Below are positions 24,161 through 37,611 of a stretch of 64,000 nucleotides of DNA, piece by piece. Numbering within the stretch: position 1 is the first letter of the stretch; each line of letters begins with the position of its first letter. This stretch comes from Octopus bimaculoides (taxonomy: Eukaryota), in NCBI RefSeq assembly GCF_001194135.2, contig NC_068983.1, positions 54,113,048-54,177,047 of the forward strand, given 5' to 3'. The position numbers were made by a program, and so were the translations under genes. Under the pieces are notes generated by a model. It ran no database searches, had not been told where the DNA came from, and saw only the letters and a program-made list of their open reading frames with translations.

Positions 24161-24864
24161 CAGTGATTCTTAATTAGGGTCCATATGGTTCTTTGGGGTT
24201 TCCAGATAGGATTTTGTTGTTAAAATTTATCTGCAATAAATTGGTTATACTTCTAAAATATACAAAATATTTTAATAATTATTTCTTTTCCAATTTCTAA
24301 GAATATTTAGTTATGAAAATAAAATAGGATCCTTTTTAACATTGAATGGCTACGTGGATCTTTCTTTTTTTTTTCCTTTTCCTTCTTTCAGTTATTTGAC
24401 TGTGGCCATGCTGGAGCACCACCTTTAGTCAAACAAATTGACCCCAGGACTTATTCTTTGTAAGCCTTGTACTTATTCTATCTTTTGCCGAACCACTAAG
24501 TTATGGGGACATAAACACACCAGCATTGGTGGTCAAGTGATGGTGGTGGGGGGGGGGACAAACAGACGCACAAACACACACACACACTATGGTCTTCTTT
24601 CAATTTCCATCCACCAGATCCACTCACAAGGCTTTGGTCAGCCCGAGGCTATAGTAGAAGACACTTGCCGAAGATGCCACACAGTGGGACTGAACCTGGA
24701 ACCATGTGGCTGGTAAGCAAGCTACTTACCACACAGCCACCCCTGTACCTATATACACACAGACACTCTTCCACATATATGAATCCTATTTTACTTGAGC
24801 AAAATAGGATTCAAAGGGATTCATAGGTTAAAAAAAAACAAAACAAAACGATTGAGAACCACTG
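24161..24864. mobile_element. hAT-type MITE (reverse copy of the 31030 element) interrupted by a family A SINE (about 24385-24750, -)
   Basis: TIRs cagtgattctta / ttgagaaccactg; internal sequence matches the reverse complement of 31040-31140. Confidence 0.7.
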
Positions 24865-25192
24865 ATGTAGACCAACCAGTTAAACATGAGAAGATGAGAG
24901 AGAGAGAAAGAGATGGGTAAACAAGGAGAGAGTGAGAGTCAACAATGAGTGACAGGGGAGGTTTTGAGAGAAGAGAGCTTGTTAGGGCTAGCAATAAACA
25001 ATGGCAAATGGAAAAGAGGAGTGAACCGAATATGGGTAGCATATTCAAAGTAATTCTATCTCTTGTTGCACAGATGGCATAATAGAAGAGACATAATGAT
25101 AATGAGGAGGAGACACATTAATAAAAAACAAGGTGAATGATGAATGAGAGAGTAATGACAGAAAGATTTTACAGGAATACAAGATGCAGCTT

Positions 25193-25234
<42 letters not shown>

Positions 25235-25236
<2 letters not shown>

Positions 25237-25657
25237 TCTTTTACTTTTCAGTCATTTGACTGCGGCCATGCTGGAGTACCGCCTTTTTTAGTCGAGCAAA
25301 TCGACCCCAGGACTTATTCTTTGTAAGCCTAGTACTTATTCTATCGGTCTCTTTAGCCGAACCGCTAAGTTACGGGGACGTAAACACACCAGCATCGGTT
25401 GTGAAGCGATGTTGGGGGGCAAACACACACACAAACATATACAAACACACACACAAACATATACAAACACATACATATATATATACATATATACGACGGG
25501 CTTCTTCCAGTTTCCGTCTACCAAATCCACTCACAAGGTTTTGGTCGGCCCGAGGCTATAGTAGAAGACACTTGCCCAAGGTGCCATGCAGTGGGATTGA
25601 ACCTGGAACCATGTGGTTGGTAAGCAAGCTACTTACCACACAGCCACTCCTGCACCT
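25235..25657 (-). mobile_element. SINE family A, full length and young
   Basis: CpG-rich and near consensus from the actcttttact tail to the gccactcctgcacct head. Confidence 0.9.
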
Positions 25658-26989
25658 ATATATGTATATATATATAACATTGTAGTGATTGCATTGTAAT
25701 GTGGCATTAGTATCCATTTTGCCCTTGTGGAAAATAAAGAAATCATCTTTGCAATATTTTTACAAGCTCGTCTACGCTGTTGGACTCTATAAAAATAAAT
25801 ATTGCAGAGTATATTTTCTGATCAGGAAATAACAAACAGTTGATAGAAATATTTTTTTAACAAAATTCCCCCAAAATAGCCTCAACTGTCAATAGTGTTT
25901 TCGTGAGCTGAGCGCTACTGGGTGAATATATTAGTTGCTTCTTAAGACAGCTGCTTAATTTGGCCAAACTTTTATAGAATAACTGAAAGGAAATGGAACA
26001 GTTGATGTATCGGTCTTCTGTCGAATTCATACTCAACTTGGCTTCATTTAGGGACAAGGAGATATGAATGTGTATATGTACACAGAATGTATGGGAGGGT
26101 GTTAGAGAGTGGTATTTTGGCCGTTGTGTGATTTTTTATCTTTTATTGTGTGTGTGTGTGTATGTACTTGCATGAGGAAGTGTATGCATAAATGTATATG
26201 ATTGTATATGGAGAAGTGTGACTGCCATGTGTATGCATAAACAGACATTCACACACACACACACACACGTTTCTGATACTGTGAGGATGTGTTCATGTGA
26301 ACAACTTTGTATGAGTGTATGTATGTGTGTGTGCGTAAGTGAAAACTTCTTGGCTTGGATAAGTGAGTGGACATATATTTATGAAAATATGCCCGTGTGA
26401 CTATGTGAACCATGTATAAGCATATATATATATTAATGAGTTTATGTAACATTATTTGGATGCGTGTGTGCTGGCCTGCCATACCTCAGCCTTATCTAGG
26501 AATACACTGTATAACTGAACTATGCAATGGATACTGCTACCGTATCTATGATTAAATTCATTAACAACTATATTCCCTGTCAATGGAACTCATTCTTAAT
26601 AATTAGAAGACTCTGAAGGCAACAAGCTGGCAGAATCATTAGCATACCGGATCAAATGCTTAGCGGTATTTCATCTGTCTTTAGGCCAATGGTGTTCGCT
26701 CTTTCTGCTTTTAGACATGGTGCATCAAGTGATTGTAAAGAGACCCTCATCTTAGATAAAATGGTTGGATATAAGTCTTTAGTATTCAGATTATTTATTC
26801 TAATGTAATGCATATTGATTAACATTGTTCAAATTAATCATGCATTAATTCGTAGCTTTGAGATTTCCATGAGGTGATTGTTTAGTTGTAGAATGACAAT
26901 GTAGGCTAGGTGTGAGAGGCTAGATCCATAATATTTATGAAGGGCCAACAGAACAATAAGGCTGATTTAAAGCCATTATAACAAGAAGG

Positions 26990-27275
26990 TACATGACCTT
27001 GTGGTTAAGGTGTTGTGCTCATGTCAGATCATGGGGTTGGTTCTCGGACTGAGTGGCAGGTTGTGTTCTTGAGCAAAACACTTCATTTCATGTTGCTCCA
27101 GTCCACTCGGCTGTAAATGGGCCACCCTGCAGTGGACTAGTCTTCCGATTGGGAGGAATGTTGGCCTGCTCACTTAATCAGTGGGGTGGCATTGTTTGAA
27201 AACTAAAACAATGCAAAGCGCATAGTGACCAGTGGTGTATAACATCTGATAGTCTGGTCAATCACATGATAATGA
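26990..27275 (+). mobile_element. SINE family E
   Basis: gtggttaaggtgtt...gttgtgttcttgagcaaaacacttcatttcatgttgctccagtccactc...gtgaccagtgg. Confidence 0.75.
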
Positions 27276-27800
27276 GCGTCATCCAAAAGTCTCAATATGG
27301 ACTGACACCATTAGAGCTTTGGACAAAACACCTTGTGGTAATTAACTCCAGCCCTTTATATATTGAGTGCAAGCAACACTGAGGTTGACGTCTTTCATCT
27401 TTTTAGAGTGATTAAAAATAATGTGCCAGTCAAATACTAGGGTTGATACAACCAAATATGCCCCTCCCCTCAAATCTAAGGCTTGTACCTATGTTAGAAT
27501 TCATTAACAACTTTATTCCCCATCAATGGAAATGGAATTCACTCTTAATATTTAGAAGTCTCTGATGGTAACGAACTAGCAGAATTGTCAACACACCTGA
27601 CAAAATGCATGGTGAAGTTTCGTCCATCTTTACCTTGAGTCCAAATTCTGCCAAAGTCAACTTTGGCTTTCATCCTTTTGAGGTCAATAAATTAAGGATT
27701 AGTCAAGAATTGAGGTTCATGTAATTGACTAACCCTCTACCCCTAAATTTCAGTCTTCTGTCTGTAGTAGAAAGCAATATTTTGAAGTTTCTTCCAGTAA

Positions 27801-28202
27801 TCATCATCATCATCATCGTTTAACGTCCACTTTCCATGGTAGCATGGGTTGGACGATTTGACTGAGGACTGGCGAACCAGATGGCTGCACCAGGCTCCAA
27901 TCTGATGTGGCAAAATTTCTACAGCTGGATGCCCTTCCTAACACTAACCACTCCAAGAGTGTAGTGGGTGCTTTTGCATGCCACCAGCACGAGGCCCAGT
28001 CAGGCAGTACTGACAATGGCCATGCTCAAAATGGTGTTTTTTATGTGCCACCTGCACAGGAGCCAGTCCAGCGGCACCAGCAATGACCTTGCTCGAATGT
28101 TTTTTGTGCCAGTGAAGCGACACTGGTACCGATCTCGCTCAAATGGTGCTATTTATGTGCCACTGGCATGGAAGCCAGACAGCTGCTCCGACAATGATAT
28201 TA
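27801..28202 (-). mobile_element. SINE family B
   Basis: (CAT)n tail, ctggatgcccttcctaac and gtgccacc repeats. Confidence 0.9.
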
Positions 28203-28398
28203 GGCTTAAAAACATAACTCCAATGAAACTAGATTAAATTTGGTGTGTTGCTACCATTGTATAACCCTTGTCTGTCTTGAAAGAACAAAATAACGATGAA
28301 AGGCATTCCAAGCATGAACATCCTACCTTCTATGTCTATCTAGGATTACACTGTCCAATGAATCCTTCCTTTATTAAAAAAAAAAAGAAATTGGTCCT

Positions 28399-28770
28399 GG
28401 CATGACTATGTGGTAAGAAGTTTGCTTCCCAACCACATGGTTCTGGGTTCAGTCCCATTGTGGGACAAGTATCTTCTATAGCTTTGTGCTGACCAAAGGC
28501 TTGTGAGTGGATTCGATAGCCAGAAACTGGAAGAAGCCCATCGTGTGTGTGTGTGCCTCACCACCACCTGAGAACTGGTGTTGGTGTGCTTATATAACTT
28601 AACAGTGCCCTTATAGTTTAACTTATATAAAAATATGGTGTCCCTATAACTTAACAGTTCAGCAAAAGAGACTGGCAGAATAAATTCCAAGCTTAAAAAA
28701 CTAAGTACTGGGGTTGATTCATTCAACTAAAAATTCTTCCAGGCTGTGCTCCAGCATGGCCACAGTCTGA
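28399..28770 (+). mobile_element. SINE family A
   Basis: Head ggcatgactatgtggtaagaag through tail ctccagcatggccacagt. Confidence 0.8.
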
Positions 28771-29991
28771 ACCTATTAAAAAAAAAGGTTGTAATTTTAG
28801 AAATACATAGCTGTTATTTCTAGCAGGTTGAGCAATCATGTATACAATCCCTCATTGTCTTGTTATAGTGTTTTGAGTGTATTGGTTACCATCAATCATT
28901 AATTTTGTTAGTCACTTCAATCAGATTCCACTACTGCTACTACTACTGTTATGCAACAACAACAACAACATCTGTGGAACATTTATCATTAAAACTTTGA
29001 TATCTTGATGACTAAATGTCTTTGGAATTTTCTCCAGCTTCTGTAGAATACACTCTAGCCACTACGCATCTCTTCTTTGACTTGCATTGATTTACGGATT
29101 TAAAATATGGTCTAACTGACATTTTCAAGGATCACTTATATAAATTTGAAGAATTAAAATGAGATTGAATAAAATAACAAAGATAATAATAATAACAACA
29201 ATAATGATAATAATATCTATAACTTTAATGCCTTTAAAGATAATTTGAATAAAAGCCAAGATGAATTGAAAGAATATAGTACTGTTTCTGAATAGAATGA
29301 AAGACTAAGAACCTGGATTAAGTAAGAACTAAGACTGTTAAAAACTGTTAAAGATTAAGAAATTCTAATGGGATTATCTTGATACCAACATTCACCTATT
29401 TTTCAAAGAGGAATAAAAGGAAGAAGAGTATTATAAAAAATAAAGAAACACCATCGTAGTCTGAGAATTTAATCTTGAAAAGAGAAAAGCAAACAGCTGC
29501 CATTGAGATTGCAGTCAATTGAGGAAATTGTTGGTGTGAGTTAGATTCAAATTTTGAGATATGAATATAAGAAATAGAATGATTTCTAAGACTTAATTCT
29601 TAGGAAAGTACCAAAATAAAACAAAATCTGAAATTCAATATAAAGTTATATCTATGCTAGTCAGATACAAAACAACTTCTGTTCAATAATAAGCACATAG
29701 AGATAAAAATGTCTTGAATTTGAGCATTTTGACTATGTCTACATGCCTGTTCATATGTCTGCCTGTGTGTCTACCCTTTGTGTGCATGTATGCATGTTTG
29801 AGTGTGTGTGTGTGTGTGTAATATTCAGAGATATCTTACAAAATTTTAGATATCTATACAGGTGCAGCTAAAATTCTTCTCAAACAGAAAATAGCAAAAT
29901 AAGCAAATAAGAAGATAGAATAAATATAATCAGAGAGAGAGAGAGGAGATGGAGAAGACAAAAAACAAATAAGAAATGCCAAACTACCAAC

Positions 29992-30090
29992 CTCTTGACG
30001 GCACATTAGATTTTATACTTCCCATCATATGGGCTGCTGGAACATTTTCTTTATCACCTGGAGAATCTTCATTGGACAGCTTAATGTTTC
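29992..30090 (-). CDS. TNFSF10-like: Internal 99-nt exon of the TNF ligand (end of stalk plus beta-strand A)
   Basis: Acceptor ttttattttcatttcag| and donor AG|GTTGGT, phase 1 to phase 1. Reads (G)NIKLSNEDSPGDKENVPAAHMMGSIKSNVPSR; PAAHMMG is the conserved strand-A motif (P-A-A-H-L-x-G type). Joins the terminal exon in frame (g+ta = Val). Confidence 0.9.
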
Positions 30091-31029
30091 CTGAAATGAA
30101 AATAAAAATTATTGTAAAAACATTTTTTTTTTTAGCTATAACAGAAACAAGATACCAGCTTATGAAAAAAAAAAAATTTCCTGAATGATTCCAATGCAGA
30201 CATCAATTTATAAAGGCAATATTCAGACATCGTTTTATTAATGTAGTAGTTGTTGTTGTTGTTTGTGCCAGCTTGTTGTTGTTGTATCTAGACTAGTCAA
30301 ACAGTGAATGCAGTAATTCTTAGGACAGGTGGCAGAAAATTGCACAAGACTAACAGACAACAGATATGTGATAACTTGGAGTAGCTAGGGTGCCATTTAT
30401 GCTAAGCTGAAAATATCAGCAGGAAAACTGTCATGACTCAAAAGGGTTGATAAACCCTCTGTGCTCCTTTTTTGCAATATGGATCAAAGTCTGGAATTAG
30501 CCTTTTAAATGAAGGATTACTGTAGGCATATATATTATCAACCATATCAATTAGCTCCTTGTTGCTTATAAACAGTGATTTGGCAAAAATTGTTGAGAAC
30601 CAGACTATATGCTTTCTCCTTCTGGTACTGTCTTAAAGTAGGTACTACAGATACCTGTCTTAAATACCAGGGCTCAGGAAGCTCCAGGGCTCTTGAATTC
30701 CTTAGGAAGTGGGAGATATATGTGAACACATAGTCTAACAGTTAACTGTGGGAGCCCACTCAGTATAGCATTTGGGCCCATGAACACCTACACATGGTTC
30801 TGGCCAATCCTTTAAATTACTAAATTAGGAGCTCAAATTTTATTAGGTCTACTGAACTTTACATCTTTTCAGTGTCAATAAAATTAGTAGTAGCAATAGT
30901 AGTATATTGTAATCCAGCATATTGCTACTACTTATACTTCTGTAGAAAATTTAACCTTGTCTAGTCAAAGAGCTACTGTAGTCTTCATCATCATCATCAC
31001 ACTCTATGATGCAGTGGCAATGTCTAGGT

Positions 31030-31286
31030 CAGGAGTTCTCAACCAATTTTTACTCATGGAGCCCTTTGATTCCTATTTTAGTCATTCCATGTTTTAAAAC
31101 ATCCAATTATATTTTTATTATTAAATATTCTTAGGAATTGTATTTAAAAAATCATAAAAATATTTTGTGTATTGTAAATTCATTGCACATAGTTTTTAAC
31201 AGCAAAATCTTGCATGACCCCCCCACACCAAGGGTCAATGCACCCCCCCATGGATCATATGGACCCCTCCCCCTTGAGAACCACTT
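31030..31286. mobile_element. hAT-type MITE
   Basis: TIRs caggagttctcaac / ttgagaaccactt; 8-bp flanks gtctaggt (31022-31029) and gttgaggt (31287-31294) match at 6 of 8 positions, consistent with a hAT 8-bp TSD. Confidence 0.7.
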
Positions 31287-33115
31287 GTTGAGGTGAACAG
31301 GATAATCAGTTATAAAGCAGATAGCATCATCATCATCATTTAATGCCTACATTTCCATGCTTGCAAGGAACAGCTGGAATTTGTTGAGGTAGATTTTCTA
31401 TGGCTGGAAGCCTTTTTTTTGGCAGCCTTCATCTGTTTCCAAGTAAGGTAATATTTCCAATGGCCAGGTGTGTTTTTCATCGAAAACTGGAAATGAACAT
31501 CACTTGTATGATGGTGATGCTTCTTTAAGCTGTCATTTTATGTCAAGACAAAGGTATACATAAACATGCATGCATGCACAACAAGCTTCATTCAGTTTTC
31601 ATCTACCAAATTCACCCACAAGGCTTTTGTCAGCCCAGCACTATAGAAGACAACACTTGCCCAAGATACCAGGCAATGGGACTGAATCCAAGATCACATG
31701 GGCAGGAAGCAAGCTACTTAACTGTACAGCCATGCCTGGACCTATGAAAGATTAGGTTCACTTCAGTGGTGTTTGAACTTAGAATATATATTATCAGAAA
31801 GCATTTTGTCCAACACTTAAATGTGTCGGCCAGTCTACCACTTAATTAATTGCCTTCCTTTGAACTTGACCGAAGAATGTTTAAACTCAAAAACCAAAAC
31901 TGCTGATAAGTAACGATAATACTATTTATAGCAATATGCAGTCGAGCATCTGTGGTATCAGTTCGTGATAGGCAGTTAGATTAAAAATACAGTAAAGTTA
32001 AATTTTCATGCCTAAAGGCTTTCATTGAACATTCTAGAACTTCTTGCGGGTGGCTAATAAAAACTTTGGAATTCAACTTTCTTGGGAATTTTGTTTTATT
32101 GTGGCCAGAAGCCATATGTCTCTAGATCCATTTTTGATAAGATAATTTTCATACCCTAACTTTATCTCTGAGAACTTATTTCTGTTGTAACTGTTAAGTA
32201 TGTTGTTATAATTTATAAGAAACATTTCAGCTCTTATTCTTTTACAATTCATTATTTCACATATATATAATCATCATCGTTTAAGGTCCATGTTGAATTC
32301 TGGCATGGCTTGCAAGGTTTGACAGGATTTATTGAGCCCCCTGCTTTGGCATAGTTTCTGCAGTTGGATGCCCTTCCCAAAGCCAACCAGTTTACAGTGT
32401 GCACTGGGTGCTGGTTTTCATACCACTAACACTAGTGAGGTTGTCATGTAACATGCAAGATGAGAAAAGAACAGGAAAATGGAAAAAGCCCCCTTGAATA
32501 AAGGGAGGAAGAAAGTATTTGGGATTTGAGAGGGGAAGAAGGGGGAAGAATTCTATGCCAGGTGTTGAGAGCTAAAATGCGATAGTGGGAGAAGCACAAG
32601 TGTCATGTTATAGATACATGGCTATTCTGCATTATATAAGGGTGAGTGGGAGCAGAGCTGGAAAGAAAATGTAAAGATGGTGGTGACAAGATGTCAGAGC
32701 ATCTCAAAATACAAGAAACTGAGTAAAATAGGGAATACAGACAGTGAGTGTGAGGTATAATGAATTGTACATTAAGTACATTAAAAATGTTTAGTGTTAT
32801 AAATAAGCATTATTGAAGATAATACTTTCTTTTATATATATATCTCAACATGTAAGCTTAACACAGTGTTACGTTTACATTTTACTTAAGATAAAGAGGT
32901 CATAAATATCACAACATCTCTCCATCGAAAGACAATGCAACATTGTAGGGGAGCATAACGAAAAATGTTCATTGCTGCGATTTACTGCACATAACATGAA
33001 TCCTCTCTCTCAGACACACACATAGATAAATAGATAGATATCTTTACTACATGCAATTGAGGCAGTATTTAATTAAAATACTAGATATGTATGATACTTA
33101 ATGAATACATGCTGT

Positions 33116-33942
33116 CAGTAGGCCAGTTACTGCAGTATTTGTTCTGAGATAACATCTCTTATGGATGTGCTGTTAAAGACAAAAGATATCAGAGGGAGAC
33201 AAAACTTAGTCTCAGCAGCAGCTATCAAGAACACCGGACACATATTTTTGAATGCTTTTTCCAAAGGCACACACTTGCAGCCAGCCAGATGCTCAGATGA
33301 GTATTTGTCATCTCCAATACAGGAAACGGTGGATGACTTATTCACTGATGTTGCAAATCGCCACTCAACTGAATAAAAATCTGGTATACACTCTTTTACT
33401 TGTTTCAGTCATTTGACTGCGGCCATGCTGGAGCACTGCTTTTTAGTTGAGCAAATCTACCCCAGGACTTGTTTGGAAGCCTAGCACTTATTCTATCGGT
33501 CTCTCTTGCCGAACCACTAAGTTACGGGGACGTAAACACATCACCATTGGTTATCAAGCGATGCTGGGGAGACAAACACAGATACACAAACATATACACA
33601 CACATACATACATATACATATATACGACGGGCTTCTTTCAGTTTCCGTCTACCAAATCCACTCAAGGCTTTTGTCGGCCCAAGGCTATAGTAGAAGACAC
33701 TTGCCCAAGATGCCACACAGTGGGAATGAACCCAGAACCATGTGGTTGGTAAACAAGCTAACTAACCACACAGCCACTCCTGCACCTACTTTTTATATGC
33801 CCATAAAAACTGAAACACATTGCCCATTCTCATGGCCATTGCTGGGATGAACTTTTAGCTTTCTGCAACTTTGTGTTTTTAACAAAGTATGTCCATAAGA
33901 GATGTTATCTCAGGACAAATACTGCAGTAACTGGCCTATCAA

Positions 33943-33945
<3 letters not shown>
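33116..33945. mobile_element. Non-autonomous TIR element with long inverted repeats, carrying a nested family A SINE (33390-33787, -)
   Basis: 47-bp arms 33119-33165 and 33892-33938 match at 46 of 47 positions as reverse complements. The right end is ...caactg followed by TA, suggestive of the Tc1/mariner superfamily. Confidence 0.75.
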
Positions 33946-33987
<42 letters not shown>

Positions 33988-35082
33988 GCATGACATATAC
34001 ATGGTTCTCTAGGTCAACACATCAAATGTTTTAGCTGGTGGCATGAAAAAGGCATCCAGTACACACTGTAAAGTGGTTGGCATTAGGAAGGGAATCCAGC
34101 TGCGGAAATCATACCAAAGCAAATACTGGAGTATGATGTAATCCTTTACTCATTGGATCTTTGTCAAACCTTCCAACCCATGCCAGCCTGGAACATGGAC
34201 ATTAAATGATGATGATGTATGTGTGTGAAGAGGAAGATGTATGCAGGAGAATGTTGAACCACACAAAGGATTTCACCTCACAAAGGAAAGCAGCAAATGG
34301 TGGGACACTGTGTTACAGAGGAGCAAATAACCAGTACAAACATGGAAAGCAGACATAAAACTGATGACAATGATTACAGATATGAATCTTTAAAAGACCC
34401 TATTTGTTTCCCTCTGACAGGATTAACTATTTTTACACAGAAATAGTGAGCACACATTTGTTCTAAATACAAGGCTATGAAATCCTCTACCTGTACACTG
34501 GTTGTGCTTCAATCACTTATTCATTGCACGAATGGATAGACAAAGGATGTTAAACAAATATAAAAATCAAAACATACGTCATAAAAACATCAGGAATAAA
34601 GATCTAATATGAGGAGACTGTATGCCACAATAAAAGAGCAATATATATGTATATATATATATATATATACATACACACACATACATGTATTATATATATC
34701 CTTAGAAGAATAAAGCAATGTTTGTTGAAGTTGGTTTTTGAGTCGCTACTTTATACGTTTCCTCCCAGACGCATAACTCTTGACCATATTTTCCTCAGTA
34801 TTCCCTTCCCATCATCTTTCATAGAATCTTTCTACCTTGGTAAATAAAATATTCAAGCAAATAGGGGTTTGGCAAAGTATGGGAAAAAAAAAAAAAGAAA
34901 ATATATACAAAACTTCATAAAGACCGCGGTGGGATAAAAAAAAAAAGAAGACGTTATTTGTAATACAAACAAAGAGAAACAAAATGGATGTTTATTTTAT
35001 ATTATATTTATGTGCCTCATATTGACTACACACACAAAGAAACGGTTTACTGTTCCTATAAAACATCTTTCAAATAAATTGA

Positions 35083-35123
<41 letters not shown>

Positions 35124-35631
35124 TAGTAATAATAATATTAACAATAATAAAGGTATTTATTGAGAAATCTATCTGGGAGCAGAATTTTTGTTATACCATT
35201 ATTTATCTTTGGTTGTCAGGTGGCTTTACATGTTCTGTTTGTTAACAGACTTTTCCAGGCTATGTTTTATTTTATCATCTTTTATGTTTGTTTGAACAAT
35301 ACTTAGATCAGTGATATACCCTTAGTTCTTTTCAAGTTCAACACATTGCAAACAGACCTTCACCATCACTATCACTACCACATACATACATACACACACA
35401 CACACACACCTTCTTTCTCCCAAACACATAAACATCCATACATTGAGATAAATATAGAAGCATACATACGAGACAAATACCTACAGACGCATTGACACAA
35501 ACCTTAATTCCCTCTACACAGAACGGTGGCCAAAAAACAAGTAAACAGGTAGGTATAAATTAATGAGATTAGCCAACTCTTCCTATACTCGCAGCAGAGC
35601 TAGTAACCAACAGAGCCCATATATTACATAC

Positions 35632-35640
35632 CTGGTACGA
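35632..35640 (-). CDS. TNFSF10-like: Candidate 9-nt symmetric microexon in the TNF ligand stalk (x-V-P)
   Basis: Minus strand reads gtgttgc(T)13gccag|TCGTACCAG|gtatgt. Open in phase 1, giving (V)VP-G-NIKL when joined to exon 29992-30090. Confidence 0.55.
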
Positions 35641-36908
35641 CTGGCAAAAAAAAAAAAAGCAACACCAAACACTAAAACCTAAAGAATGTTATTTCTCAAC
35701 CACCATCACCACCGACAGCATTACCCCCTTAATTGTTTTGGTAAACTGACTCAGAGAAGAGAACAAATATATACAGAAGTATTGCAGTAAAATTGTCATT
35801 TAGTACAAGAAAGCTCTCATTTTCAAGATGAGCTTTCTTAGGTTTAGAAAGGAAATCTTTCAAGTATTTATTGGTTGTTTTGACAGACAGTTAGCTTGTT
35901 TCGTTATGCTAGTATTTAAACCTAAATGACTTATTAATAAGAGAAATATATGTTGATTGGATAGCAACATTTTGTTTTTGTAAAGAAGAGAATCAACTGA
36001 AGGAATGAATAATGATTACAATCCTTTCTTTACTATAACAACAACAACAATAAGACTGAGGTGCTGGCATGGATACAGATGCAGGCATGGCTATATGGTT
36101 AAGAAGTTTGTTTTCCAATCTTATGGTTTTGGGTTCAGTCTTAAGGCATGGCACTTTGGACAAATATTTTCAACTATAGCCCCAAGCTGACCAAAGCCTT
36201 GTGAGTAGATTTGGTAGATAAAAACTGAAAGAAAGCTTAAACACACACACATATATATATATGTGTGAGTATGTTTGTTTCTCCATGCTTTGACTTTACA
36301 TAATTGTTGTAAATAAACATTTCTGCAAAAAATATGCCTCGTCATGGGCAAATATTACTTGTTTGGAAATGTAAGGGTTAGCAACAGGAAGGGCATCCGG
36401 CCATAAAATATGTGTCATCTGACCCATAGAAGCATGGAAAATTAGACAATAAAATAGTGATGAATTGAGTAATGATAATGAATATGGTTTTCCACGTGTT
36501 GTGTGTGTCTGTGTGTGGGGGGTGATTTTCTTCCTTCATTTTCTTACAAAAATACAGAATAAACAAAAGTAACAGCCAGTGAGGGCAATTTGAAAGCATG
36601 ATGACAACTCTGGAATTATTCTCATTTATTGTCCATTTTCCCATGCTTACATGAGTCAATCAGAATTTGTTGAGGTAAATTTTCTATGGCTAGATGTTCT
36701 TCCTATTGCCAATACTCACCCATTTCTAAGCAAGATAATATTTCTCCCCATGGCCAGTCATGTTGTGCATCGAAAATCAGAAACAAACAACATTGCAGTG
36801 ACACATCTCCATAACTATTACATGATGTCAAAAGAAGAATACACCCACAATTGCTTTCTCTCTCTCTACCACACACACACACACACACACATGGGCGTCC
36901 TTCAGTTT

Positions 36909-37142
36909 CTTATTTCTTTACTGCCCACAAGGGGATACACACAGAGGGGACAAACAAGGACAGACAAAGGGAATAAGTTGATTATATCGACCCCAGTGCA
37001 TAACTGGTACTTATTTAATCGATCCTGAAAGGATGAAAGGCAAAGTCAACCTCGGCGGAATTTGAACTCAGAACGTAATGGCAGATGAAATACCACTAAG
37101 TATTTTGTCCGGCGTGCTAACGTTTCTGCCAGCTTGCTCACT
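36909..37142 (-). mobile_element. SINE family C inserted in a family A-type SINE
   Basis: 13-bp TSD tccttcagtttct at 36898-36910 and 37143-37155. Confidence 0.85.
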
Positions 37143-37611
37143 TCCTTCAGTTTCTGTCAACCAAATTTACTCACTAATCTTTGATTGCCCTGGGGCTATA
37201 TAGAAGAAGACACCTACACAAGGTGCTGCACAGTAGGAGAGAACTTGGATAGAATAAGAAGTCAAACTGTCATCATAATTCTACTTTAGAAGTCAATGTA
37301 TATGTGCATCCAACTTATTAAGAGGAGACATAAACTACTTAAAAACCAGTTGATACAAAGGAAAATATGAAAACAGAATATTTTCGATGCCAACTGAAAA
37401 TTTAAACTTCAAAGGAATACCTTGGTTTTGGCAGATGAAGAAACACCGAGTAATTCCAATTTTAATTCTCTTTGTCTTCCACTTTCTTTCTTAAGAATGA
37501 AAGACAATAATCTGAATACATTATTTAGAAATAATAATAGTGAATTGTCTGTCTGTTAGTCTATACTGATGAAACACAGTCATGCAGAAACACGTTTATA
37601 GACATGTTATC

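Noticed and set aside
37421-37511. 91-nt minus-strand exon candidate reading LLSFILKKESGRQRELKLELLGVSSSAKTK (CAG acceptor, AAG|GTATTC donor), which looks like a helical TNF stalk
   Set aside because: Its only open frame is phase 2 to phase 0, but exon 29992-30090 needs a phase-1 partner, and I found no stop-free 3n+1 exon with good splice sites between them. Not excluded; worth checking in RNA-seq.
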